Shown: one piece after another, positions 10,014 through 19,826 of the stretch | Position numbering within the stretch: position 1 is the stretch's first letter | Layout: each line of letters begins with the position of its first letter | IMG/VR virus record: IMGVR_UViG_3300030331_002523 | Location: 1-64,000 of that record | Source of the DNA: a virus | Direction: 5' to 3' (one strand) | Length of the DNA: 64,000 nucleotides | The notes under the pieces: model-generated | What the model was told of the DNA's origin: nothing | The model's input: the letters and a program-made list of their open reading frames with translations, nothing else | Database searches by the model: none | Program-made: the position numbers and the translations under genes

Positions 10014-13000
10014 TGAATAAACCATATAAAATAGGAAAATCTAATATAGAAGGTCAAGGTCTTATTGCAGCAATGGATCTTAAACCTGGTGATCTTATTG
10101 GTCTAAGTCATTCTAATGGTGAGATTGCATCAGAGATAGGTCAATATTATAATCACTCTGACACACCAAATGCTGTAAGTGCATTAGTTGGTGGTGATAG
10201 ATATGTAATTGTATCTGAGAATATATCTATGGGAGGTGAGATTACAGTTGATTATAGAAAACAACCTGAACTTGGGCAACCAGAGGATTTTATAAAAAAA
10301 ATGCAACCTGGTGGTCCAGTTATAATTAATTTTAGTAAAAAACTTTTAAAGAAGGTTGCAAAAGATAATAGATATTTACCACTAAAAAAATTAGATAATG
10401 TATTAACTAAAAACTTTAATACAGGTGAACAGCTTGTATTAGCAAATGTTTTAAAAAACAATCCTAATCTTATTCAAAATGATTTGGTTGATTTAAAACG
10501 GTTAGGAGATCTTGCAAACACGGATTTGGAAAAATCTTTACCTAGATTTACTAAAGTAGATGTAAATACTGATGATGTAGGTAAGGTTACTTCTAATTGG
10601 AAAAGTTTAGAAGCAGATGGTGCAGATTTTGGAGCACATAGATTACCTGAGCTTATGCCAAGTCAATTTAACTACGGATTTGGAAATGTCTTTTCCTATA
10701 GAATGCCAGGTACAAATAGATTTACTCCATTAAATTATTCTTTTGCTATGCCTCAACTTTTTACTAACCCTAGATTACCAGCTCATCATGATGGTCTACA
10801 TTTAATAGATGATAAAGCAATAGGATGGTTTAGAGGTTTAAGTGATGCACAAAATCCAAATAGATACTTAGCACAAGAGTTTCAAATGGATCTTGGAAAA
10901 GATAGGCAAAATACATATTTAGCAGAGAGATTAGATATGGGTTATAAAAGACCTAATACTCTATCACTAGGTTTACCAGGTAGACTAGAGAATCAAAGAA
11001 TAAATTATGCTCATATGATTAAAAGAGTTGATCAACAGCATCAAAGAAAACTTGATGAGTTTTATGATAAAAAAAGACAAAAAGAAATTTTAAAAACTGA
11101 GTATAATAATAAATTTGGTTTAGATGAATATAAAGGAGAATTAAATGACATTGAAAATAGGCTAGTAAATTTAAACTATGAGATATCTGAATTAGGTATG
11201 AAACTTGGTGATTCTAGATTTACAGAGTACATTACTCCAAGAATTAAATCTATTAAAAATCCTTTACAGGCAAGCAGAATAATGCAAAGTCCATATATGA
11301 CTTTACATAATGAAAGTCTTAATTTTTTAAGAAATAAAGGATTTAATGAGATAGTTATACCTGATGCAAAAACAATTACAAATATACAAAATTGGCCATC
11401 ACCTAGACAAGGAACATTAGATCTATATACTAGACTTAGAAATAATCCTATGTTAAAACAAGGAGATCCTTTTAAGTTTGATGAGTATGAAGGAACAATT
11501 TTTAATATTTTAGATAAACCATACAAAAGATTTAAACAGGATGGTGGTGAAGAAAATAATGAAGAATTATTTTCTATAAATAAATATAATGAAGTTATTA
11601 CACCTGAAGAATATACAAATGAACAGTTATTTGATTTCTTAAAAAATAACTATAATACAATTGATACATCTCAACAACAACAAGATCTTTTAGCAAAGTT
11701 TAGAACTCCTACTTTTTTAAATAGATATAAAAAGAATTACTTTAATATTACAGGTGAACAACTTGATGATGATCAAGCAATAAAGAATATATCAGAACAG
11801 TATGATTTTACTTCTAAAGGAGCACCTTTTCATGTATCATTTCCATTTGTTAGATATAATCCAGAGGGATACAAACAGTCATATTCACCATATATACAAC
11901 CATATCATGATAACAAAAGAGTTATTTTTAGTCCACAATTAAAAGGTTTATATGCAGATCCTCCTAACTTTACTTATAGAACTGTAGAAACACCAAACAT
12001 TCCAGAATTAGCAAATCAATATTCATTTGTACCAATGTTATTTAATAAAAGAAGTATAGATTCAATGGTAAGTGATGGTAGAGATGTAAGACCTTTTAGT
12101 GATGCAGATGAAACAATAGTTCATGAATATGCTCATTCATATAATACTGAAGATTCACCATTGTTTAAATCTATAGCTAATTTACTTAATAATCAAGATG
12201 ACTATGCTTATAAAGGGCCAGGTAAACGTTATAAAGGTTGGTTAACTAATTTATTTGGTGAAGAGTATTTTGATAAAGAGAAAAATCCATATGGTGAGTG
12301 GGCTATGCAACCAATGGAGATAAGTTCTATGAGAGCTGAGACTGAAACTAAATTAAAAGATGCAAATATTTGGGATCATACAAAGGGGGAATTTGGTATG
12401 GATAATTTAAATGCCATGTTAAAAAATAAATTTAATATGGAAGAAGGACCTGGTTATCATTTAAATCTTTTAGGTTATGGTGATTTACAACAAATAAGTA
12501 CAAATAAGCAGAAAATAAACAGAGAATATAAAAATGCATTACGTGATCTAGAGTCAAGTGGTGCTGATTCTGACAGAAAAATAGATTTTATAAAGTATAA
12601 TATATTAGAAGATTATGATGGAAATCCTAGAACTGATACTAGAGTAAATCCAGATCTTAAAAGATATTCATATGATAGTATAGATATAGATACATTTAAC
12701 AAGATATTATCAAATAGTCAAAGTGACATAAAAGAAAGAAATAGATATGCAACTTATGAGGACTTATTAAACGATTATAATTCTGGAAGAAAAAAGAAAA
12801 GAGAAAGAGCAGAATCTGTTCTTAATACTTTATATGATGGTATTAAAACTGAGATAGGTAATATATACAATCCAAAAATTGAAGAACAAGAAAATATATT
12901 AGAAAAAAAGAAAGAAGAAGTTTTACCCAAAATGGATAAATATTTTAATGAGATTGCAATGGAGGATCAGGAGAGTGATACTAGGCTAGCTAGATATGGT

Positions 13001-13927
13001 ACAGAATTACCTTTAGCACAAGACGGTACAGAAAAAAAACCTATGTTTGATTTTATGGGTTACTTTAAAGGAGAGCAAGGTTTAATACCAGATCTATATG
13101 GAAAGACTACTAAAGATACCTATATGGAAAATAAAGATGCTATTCAGAAAGGTGCAGATGTAGTTGCAGCAAGTGGTCTTCCTTTTGTATCTCAAGCTGC
13201 TAATGTAGTTAGCACCGGTATTGATTATGGTGATGCAGCTATGGCATATGCACAAGGTGATTATGATACAGCAAAAAAAGAATTTGCTCAAGGAACTACA
13301 GGTTTTGCATTAGGTATTTTACCAGGTGGTAAGGCAATTAAAGCCGCAACAAAAGGAGTAGGAGAATCAATAGTAAAAGGTGGTATTAACACAGGAGTAA
13401 AGTATGGTGCAAAATCAGGTGTTAAATCTGGAGTACAAGAAGCTGTTGATACAATAGTTGATACTAATACTCAGAAGAAGAATATAGGTGATGTAGTAGA
13501 AAATACTGCTTCAAATAGTATGGCAATGATGGGAGGTGAAGTATATAGATATGAAAGATCTCCTTTTAAAGATGGTAAGTTTGTTATATCAAATCCGGAT
13601 GATCTTATTATACAAATAACAAAGACAGAAATGTTTACACCTGAATTTAAAATGGGCGGTGTTGTTACAGCTGATGGTTTTACATTAGAAAAGAAATTTG
13701 ATAATAAAAGAAAATTACCTTTTATACAATATTCAAAAGAAACAGATGTAGAAGGTAGAGTGTATTATGATAATACAACAAATGAAATAGTAGATGTTAC
13801 AACTTTAGAATTAAAAAAGAAAAGAAAACATAATAGAATTAAAACTATTATTGATAAATATGAATCTGGAAAAGAGTTATCTAGACTAGAAACTGATGCT
13901 TTAAACTCTTTAGGGTTATTAGATTAA
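10013..13927 (+). CDS. Multidomain virion cargo polyprotein: N-terminal SET domain, E-x-Q-x-D domain, HExxH zincin, pre-toxin-like hydrophobic segment
   Basis: SET motifs GxG (EGQGL), NHS (10151-10159), EITVDY (10238-10255); HEYAH at 12122-12136; TAATG coupling to the upstream gene. Confidence 0.7.
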   Translation: MNKPYKIGKSNIEGQGLIAAMDLKPGDLIGLSHSNGEIASEIGQYYNHSDTPNAVSALVGGDRYVIVSENISMGGEITVDYRKQPELGQPEDFIKKMQPGGPVIINFSKKLLKKVAKDNRYLPLKKLDNVLTKNFNTGEQLVLANVLKNNPNLIQNDLVDLKRLGDLANTDLEKSLPRFTKVDVNTDDVGKVTSNWKSLEADGADFGAHRLPELMPSQFNYGFGNVFSYRMPGTNRFTPLNYSFAMPQLFTNPRLPAHHDGLHLIDDKAIGWFRGLSDAQNPNRYLAQEFQMDLGKDRQNTYLAERLDMGYKRPNTLSLGLPGRLENQRINYAHMIKRVDQQHQRKLDEFYDKKRQKEILKTEYNNKFGLDEYKGELNDIENRLVNLNYEISELGMKLGDSRFTEYITPRIKSIKNPLQASRIMQSPYMTLHNESLNFLRNKGFNEIVIPDAKTITNIQNWPSPRQGTLDLYTRLRNNPMLKQGDPFKFDEYEGTIFNILDKPYKRFKQDGGEENNEELFSINKYNEVITPEEYTNEQLFDFLKNNYNTIDTSQQQQDLLAKFRTPTFLNRYKKNYFNITGEQLDDDQAIKNISEQYDFTSKGAPFHVSFPFVRYNPEGYKQSYSPYIQPYHDNKRVIFSPQLKGLYADPPNFTYRTVETPNIPELANQYSFVPMLFNKRSIDSMVSDGRDVRPFSDADETIVHEYAHSYNTEDSPLFKSIANLLNNQDDYAYKGPGKRYKGWLTNLFGEEYFDKEKNPYGEWAMQPMEISSMRAETETKLKDANIWDHTKGEFGMDNLNAMLKNKFNMEEGPGYHLNLLGYGDLQQISTNKQKINREYKNALRDLESSGADSDRKIDFIKYNILEDYDGNPRTDTRVNPDLKRYSYDSIDIDTFNKILSNSQSDIKERNRYATYEDLLNDYNSGRKKKRERAESVLNTLYDGIKTEIGNIYNPKIEEQENILEKKKEEVLPKMDKYFNEIAMEDQESDTRLARYGTELPLAQDGTEKKPMFDFMGYFKGEQGLIPDLYGKTTKDTYMENKDAIQKGADVVAASGLPFVSQAANVVSTGIDYGDAAMAYAQGDYDTAKKEFAQGTTGFALGILPGGKAIKAATKGVGESIVKGGINTGVKYGAKSGVKSGVQEAVDTIVDTNTQKKNIGDVVENTASNSMAMMGGEVYRYERSPFKDGKFVISNPDDLIIQITKTEMFTPEFKMGGVVTADGFTLEKKFDNKRKLPFIQYSKETDVEGRVYYDNTTNEIVDVTTLELKKKRKHNRIKTIIDKYESGKELSRLETDALNSLGLLD

Positions 13928-13947
13928 AATTAGTTTATATTGCGTTT

Positions 13948-13967
13948 TTTTAGTATATTATTATTGT
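13948..13967 (+). promoter_or_regulatory. Candidate late-promoter motif, copy 1
   Basis: TTTTAGTATATTATTATTGT, intergenic before 13991. Confidence 0.55.
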
Positions 13968-13990
13968 AGTACAAATTACAGTCAAAAAAT

Positions 13991-16528
13991 ATGGCAAGAA
14001 AGAAAAAAAATAAAAAACAACAAACTTTTAATGTTTATCCATTTTTGGCTGAATATGGTATAACTACTGCAAATTTACCAAAAGCACAGAAGGGTGTAGA
14101 ATTTACTGCACAAGCTCCTATTTATAATGCAATAGGTGAATGTGTTATGAATTGTACAAAAGTAACTATGCAGCCACAAAGTGATTTTGAAGTTGGACTA
14201 GGATTCTCAGGTGGTAAAACTTTGGATGATAACTATACAGGAAGTGGTAAATTAACATCTGGTTTATCTTTTAATCCTAGAGGTGGTTTAGGTGGTGTAG
14301 ATGGCTACTTTGGAGGTAACTTGGGTGCTAGAGCAACTACAAATGAAAGTACTGCTAGTATAGATCCTTTTGCTAATCTTGTAGGACGTTTTGGATATTC
14401 AGATAGATTACCTCCTCTTAACAGACGTAATAGAGTTGGTTTACCTATAGCTCTTGGTGCTTTTGGTCAAAAAAGTCTTATGGGTAATGAAGGTGATTTA
14501 GCTGGTTTATATGGTCAACTAGGTAACTTTAATGTAACAGGTGGTTATAACTTTAACACAAAAAGTCCTCAGTTTACTGTTGGTTTTGGTATTCCTATTA
14601 GAGAAGAAGGTGGAGATAGTGGAAAAGATGAAAAGAGTTTTATAGAATTGCAAAATGAGATGATGGATGCACAACGTGCTTCAGTTCAAAATGCACTTGG
14701 TTCTCCTGTTCCTGCATTTGCAAATACTAATGCTTTTAATTTAATTAATTTGATTTCAGGAGTTGGTAAGTTTGCAGATGATGCAAAAGCAGGGTTTCCT
14801 AATATGATTAATCCAGCAACTGGTAAACCATATGAAAAAAGTAATTTTGAAAAAATAACTGTTACTAACCCAACAGGTGAAAATAGATTATTAAATACAA
14901 AAGTTCTTAATGAATATATAAAAGGAAATAAAGAAGACAGAAGTAAAATCAGTCAAGATGAATTGTGGAGAAAACCAAATGAGGTTAGAGCGGAATATTA
15001 TAATGCTGCTATGGCTGATAGACAAGAATTATATCCTGATATGTTTTCTAATTCTTCTATGGATTTAGATGGTAATATTTCTTATGATGATATAACTGTA
15101 CCAAATCCAAATTATGATGAAGAACTATTTAAAACAACAGGAGATCCTCAATATGGTCCTACAATAGTTGAACCATTTGATTTAGAAAAACATGGAACTG
15201 AGTTTGATAAGGCAGAACAAAATTTAGCTGATTATAATGTTGATTATTTTATTTCTGATGATGAAGGTGTATTTGATCCAAATAATATCACATTCCAAAC
15301 ATATAAAGAAGGTCAACCAGTTACTGAAGCATATGATCCAACAAAAAATTATAGAGATCATACTATAACTACTAACGTTCAAGAAGATATAAATAAAGAT
15401 TATGTAGATGAACAAAGATTAGGAGGTACAATAAGATTTGGAAATGGTGGTGACAATAAAAACCGTAAGGTAGTAAAAAATTATGCAAAAGATTGGGGTC
15501 TTGATAATAGTGCTGTTAGAGATATATTATCTAATTTTCCTAGTTTTAATGCAGAAACTGATACTATTATTTCAAGTGTAAATCCTAATATAGGAGAACT
15601 AGGTTATCAAAATATGGATGATTATATTGCTCAACTTTTACAAAATGCAAATAATGCAGGATTTAATTTTGATATAACAGGTGGACGTGGACAGTTACAA
15701 AATGTTCCAACTCTCTATGGTGGTGCAGGTTTTGCACAATTTTCTAAACCTATGTTACAAGGAGGAGGAGGAACACCAGTAGATCAAAATTTTCCATTGA
15801 TAGATTCTGATGGAGATGGTATTCCAGATAGTATTGATGCAGACTCAGGTGTAAACGCACCTATGGGTCCATTTCCTGAATTTGATCAAGACGGTGATAA
15901 TATACCTGATCTTGTTGAAGCACCAGGTCCAGATAATCCACAAACACAAGAACCATTTATAGGACCTATGAATCAAGAATCACAAGAACCACAACCAGAA
16001 GGAGATCCTGATGATTTAGGAATAGAAATTGATAAAGGTAATTTAAATACAAGATTTGATAAGTTTCTTAAAACAAGTAAGTTTGCTAATGTTTCAGATA
16101 GTTTTGTAAGAAATATAGGAGAACCTTTTATTGATTTTGTAGGAGGTTTAAAAAGTGGTTTTGATACCAAAATGAACAGGTTTAGGGCTGAGGAAGATAA
16201 TGATGAAGCTATGGACTTTATGGCTGTAGTAGAATCAACAAGAGATGCTAAAGGTGATAGAGAATTTAGAACAGGTAGTACAAAACCTTTTACACAAACA
16301 CAAGAAGAAATATATGGACAGTTAGCACAATTGGGAGGACAACCTACAAATCCACAAGCAGGTCCTGACTTTTCTATGTTAATGCAATATATACCTACTC
16401 CTACTACAATGAGATTTGATGAGATATATTTACAAAAACAAATGGAAGATGGGGGACAAATAGTAGATGTTGATATAGATACTTTAAAAGAATTAATGGC
16501 TGCGGGAGCAGATATTGAAATATTATAA
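13991..16528 (+). CDS. Putative virion cargo protein with a beta-barrel-like segment and thrombospondin type-3-like Ca-binding motifs
   Basis: 845-aa ORF in the cargo block; alternating hydrophobic/Gly strands 14180-14600; DSDGDGIPD and DQDGDNIPD at 15803-15919; multiple xxGG motifs. Confidence 0.55.
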   Translation: MARKKKNKKQQTFNVYPFLAEYGITTANLPKAQKGVEFTAQAPIYNAIGECVMNCTKVTMQPQSDFEVGLGFSGGKTLDDNYTGSGKLTSGLSFNPRGGLGGVDGYFGGNLGARATTNESTASIDPFANLVGRFGYSDRLPPLNRRNRVGLPIALGAFGQKSLMGNEGDLAGLYGQLGNFNVTGGYNFNTKSPQFTVGFGIPIREEGGDSGKDEKSFIELQNEMMDAQRASVQNALGSPVPAFANTNAFNLINLISGVGKFADDAKAGFPNMINPATGKPYEKSNFEKITVTNPTGENRLLNTKVLNEYIKGNKEDRSKISQDELWRKPNEVRAEYYNAAMADRQELYPDMFSNSSMDLDGNISYDDITVPNPNYDEELFKTTGDPQYGPTIVEPFDLEKHGTEFDKAEQNLADYNVDYFISDDEGVFDPNNITFQTYKEGQPVTEAYDPTKNYRDHTITTNVQEDINKDYVDEQRLGGTIRFGNGGDNKNRKVVKNYAKDWGLDNSAVRDILSNFPSFNAETDTIISSVNPNIGELGYQNMDDYIAQLLQNANNAGFNFDITGGRGQLQNVPTLYGGAGFAQFSKPMLQGGGGTPVDQNFPLIDSDGDGIPDSIDADSGVNAPMGPFPEFDQDGDNIPDLVEAPGPDNPQTQEPFIGPMNQESQEPQPEGDPDDLGIEIDKGNLNTRFDKFLKTSKFANVSDSFVRNIGEPFIDFVGGLKSGFDTKMNRFRAEEDNDEAMDFMAVVESTRDAKGDREFRTGSTKPFTQTQEEIYGQLAQLGGQPTNPQAGPDFSMLMQYIPTPTTMRFDEIYLQKQMEDGGQIVDVDIDTLKELMAAGADIEIL

Positions 16529-16530
16529 TT

Positions 16531-19500
16531 ATGGCAAAAATTAAAATAAATAAGTTACCAAAGGGATACATATTAAAAGGTGGACAAATCATCAAAGAGG
16601 CTAGTTATGGAGGTCAATCTATGGGTTCTAACTATGATAATAAACAATCATATGCAACAACATTACAACCTGTGCCAAGAGATGAAGCTAATATTGAAGC
16701 AGAAAAGGGTGAGACAGTATTAACTGATATTGGTGGTGATGGTACTTATCAAATGTATAATATAGGAGGAAAACGTCATTCTGAAGGTGGTACTCCATTA
16801 AATTTACCTGAACAATCTTTTATTTACTCTGATACAAGAAAAATGCTATTAACAAAAGATGAGATGGCAGAGCTTGGTATAAAGGGTAAGAAAAGGATTA
16901 CGCCAGCTAAAGCATCTAAAAAGTTTGCAATAAAAGAATACATGGATATTCTTAATGATGAAGGATCAGATGAGCTTGCCATATCTACTGCTGAATCTAT
17001 GGTAAAAAAGAATAAGATAAAATTATCACAGCTAGCATTTATACAAGAAAGAAAAAAGAACTTTGAAGAAGGTTTACCTATAGCAGCTTACCCTTACCTA
17101 TTGGAGAATGGTATTGATCCAAGAATGGTAGAGCAACAAATAGAAAAATCAAAAGCACAAGCATCACAACAACAAGCACCACAAGCTCCTTCAGCAGACC
17201 AAGGACAACCATCTCCAGAACAGATGCAACAAATGGCTATGGCAATGCAACAAGGTCAAGGTATGCCTCAACAACCTATGGCAAATTTAGGTGGTAATGC
17301 ACCTGATAATACTGGAAGTATTGATCAAACAATGGGAGAAGCAAGTTTAGTACGTACACCCTATTCAGGTGTAGATTCAAACTTTAGTGGACCAATGGGT
17401 GAAATGGGATTAGAATTAAAAGTTCCTAAAATGCCACCTAGAATGCAAGACGGTGGTGACGGTGGTGCAGAAACTTATAAGCAAAGAATACTAAGATCAG
17501 TAGAAGAATCAGCAGTTGATTGTAAAACAACAATCTGTAGTTTTGAACAATGGGCAAAACAATACAGAATGAAAGATAATCAAGAAACAAGATTTATGTA
17601 TGAGAGCTATAAAACAAGAGCTATAGATCAAATGAGAGCTCCTGAGATTAGTTCTGAAATAATGCCAGGTCATGAAAACATGATGCCAACTCCTCCTATA
17701 AATACACAACAAGCAGGTTTTGGTAATATGTTAAAACAGTTTATACCTGGGGAAGAATATGATTATATAATAGATGATCCTATGCAAGGTATGAAGGATG
17801 CTTTTGGTTATGTAAAAGGTTTAATGGGCATGCAAATGGGTGGTCAACCAATGACTCAATCAGAAGATCAGTCACAAATGCAAACGTTAATGATGGGTAT
17901 ACGAGAATTAGCTATGAGAAGAGAATCATTAATGACTGCTTTTAAAACTAATCCTGATGCATTTCAAGGTGAAGAAGCACAGACTAATTTAGCTTTACAG
18001 TTAAAATTAATTGATACTGAGATAGGAGCTTTACAATTAAAATTAAAAGAGATTGAAGATAAAGAACTATTAAGACAAACTACTTTATCATTATCTGATT
18101 TTATACCAGGTATGGAGCAACAACAACAGCCACAAGGTTTTCCTACTGAAATGCCTATGGCTGAAGATGGTACAGAAATTACATATACATTGAATCCTCA
18201 ACAAATAAATGTGAATAGTCCTTATTCAGAAGGGAATTTTCCAATTATGTCATATGACTATAGAGTGGATGCAGATGAACCAAATGCTGCTCAAAAAAAT
18301 ACAGGTATGGATAAGAGCATGGATTGGCAATCTACACTTGCTCGGGACCAATTTGATCCAGTAAGAGAGCAGTGGATTAAATCTTATAGAGATGGTGTTG
18401 AGGCTTTTAGAGGTAAAAAGAATAGTGATGGTAATGACATATCTTATCCTGAGAAATATAGTGATGATGAGTTACTTTCTATTTTCAATGAACTTAATCA
18501 ACAACTTTTAATTTTTGATCAAGCAGGTGAAGAACTTGGTAATAGTGGTGAAAATTATATAGGACTTGCTAAGAAATATGGTCTGCGTGAAATGACTAAG
18601 GAAGAAATAAAAGCTTGGCAAGGTATGTATGCTTCTCTTAATGAGACTAAAAAGTTACCAGAATATAAAGATTTATTTAGTAACATTAGTACAGAACTTA
18701 GAGGATTAGATAGAGAAGATACACATCAGTCTAGTACAGGAGAACCACAATCAGATGCTGATGGTTTCTTAGGATCTACATCTCAAGGACAGTTTGTTAG
18801 TATAAAAGATCCTGTTGACACAACTAAAATAGAGAATCCATGTCCTCAAGAAGTTATAGAAAAGAAAATTATAGAATGTCAAGAAGCTGGTAAAATATTT
18901 AGTAGAGCTACATGTAATTGTATAGAAAGGCCACCAGATCCAGTACCTGGAAAAATACCTCCATACTTAACATTTCCTGGTGATGATGCAGAGGTATTAT
19001 TTGCTGCACAAACTGTAAACAATAGAGACTTATATCTACCAGATAGAGAGCAGTACATGCCATATATGCGAGATCCAGGTTATGTAGGTCCTAGACAAGA
19101 AATAGCTGCTATTACAGCTGCAGTAAATGCACAAGCTGAAATGGGAGATGATAGTTTATTTACACAAGGTAAAGCTCAAGATGCTATTGATAAAGCTATA
19201 AATAAAGCTGCACAAACAAATACTAAAATATTTGATAATACTCAAGCTTATAATGTAGCAGAATTAAATAAAGCTAATATGAAAAATGCTGAGTTTAGTA
19301 ATATATATACAGATGAAGTTAATACTGCACTACAGGAATATGATAATACTAGACTCCAAGATCTTGAGAATTTAAAAGATGCTGAGATAACAAGAAGAGA
19401 AAATGCAGATAAACTATTAGAGCTTAATATGCAGAATCCTAATTATTTCTACAATCCACAAGCTAGCACATATCAATTTTATAATGAGGATGGTCTACAA

Positions 19501-19809
19501 GCATTGCAAAATCCTGGTGGGCAAATGAAGTCTTTTGAACAAATTTATAATGAGGTGTCAACTGCTAATCCTTCTATGTCTGCAGAAGAAAAAAGATTAT
19601 TAGCTCAACAAATATATGAGACGCAAGCTGGAGGTGGTATAACTACAAATTCAGGATCTCCTTTAGATATTAGAAATAATAATCAACCAGCTGATACTGA
19701 AACATCTAGATTTGGAGGTCAAAGATATAGGCGTGGTGGTAGTACTAGACAACGTAGATTAAATGAAAGTAAAATAAAAATGAGAAATTTCCTTTTAGGT
19801 ATTTCATAA
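16531..19809 (+). CDS. Conserved crAss-like virion cargo protein
   Basis: N-terminal EAEKGE...GGKRHSEGG..L...SFIYSD domain typical of crAss-like cargo proteins; Q/M/P-rich linker; position just before the giant ejection proteins. Confidence 0.6.
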   Translation: MAKIKINKLPKGYILKGGQIIKEASYGGQSMGSNYDNKQSYATTLQPVPRDEANIEAEKGETVLTDIGGDGTYQMYNIGGKRHSEGGTPLNLPEQSFIYSDTRKMLLTKDEMAELGIKGKKRITPAKASKKFAIKEYMDILNDEGSDELAISTAESMVKKNKIKLSQLAFIQERKKNFEEGLPIAAYPYLLENGIDPRMVEQQIEKSKAQASQQQAPQAPSADQGQPSPEQMQQMAMAMQQGQGMPQQPMANLGGNAPDNTGSIDQTMGEASLVRTPYSGVDSNFSGPMGEMGLELKVPKMPPRMQDGGDGGAETYKQRILRSVEESAVDCKTTICSFEQWAKQYRMKDNQETRFMYESYKTRAIDQMRAPEISSEIMPGHENMMPTPPINTQQAGFGNMLKQFIPGEEYDYIIDDPMQGMKDAFGYVKGLMGMQMGGQPMTQSEDQSQMQTLMMGIRELAMRRESLMTAFKTNPDAFQGEEAQTNLALQLKLIDTEIGALQLKLKEIEDKELLRQTTLSLSDFIPGMEQQQQPQGFPTEMPMAEDGTEITYTLNPQQINVNSPYSEGNFPIMSYDYRVDADEPNAAQKNTGMDKSMDWQSTLARDQFDPVREQWIKSYRDGVEAFRGKKNSDGNDISYPEKYSDDELLSIFNELNQQLLIFDQAGEELGNSGENYIGLAKKYGLREMTKEEIKAWQGMYASLNETKKLPEYKDLFSNISTELRGLDREDTHQSSTGEPQSDADGFLGSTSQGQFVSIKDPVDTTKIENPCPQEVIEKKIIECQEAGKIFSRATCNCIERPPDPVPGKIPPYLTFPGDDAEVLFAAQTVNNRDLYLPDREQYMPYMRDPGYVGPRQEIAAITAAVNAQAEMGDDSLFTQGKAQDAIDKAINKAAQTNTKIFDNTQAYNVAELNKANMKNAEFSNIYTDEVNTALQEYDNTRLQDLENLKDAEITRRENADKLLELNMQNPNYFYNPQASTYQFYNEDGLQALQNPGGQMKSFEQIYNEVSTANPSMSAEEKRLLAQQIYETQAGGGITTNSGSPLDIRNNNQPADTETSRFGGQRYRRGGSTRQRRLNESKIKMRNFLLGIS

Positions 19810-19826
19810 ATTATTAATTTTGTAAA

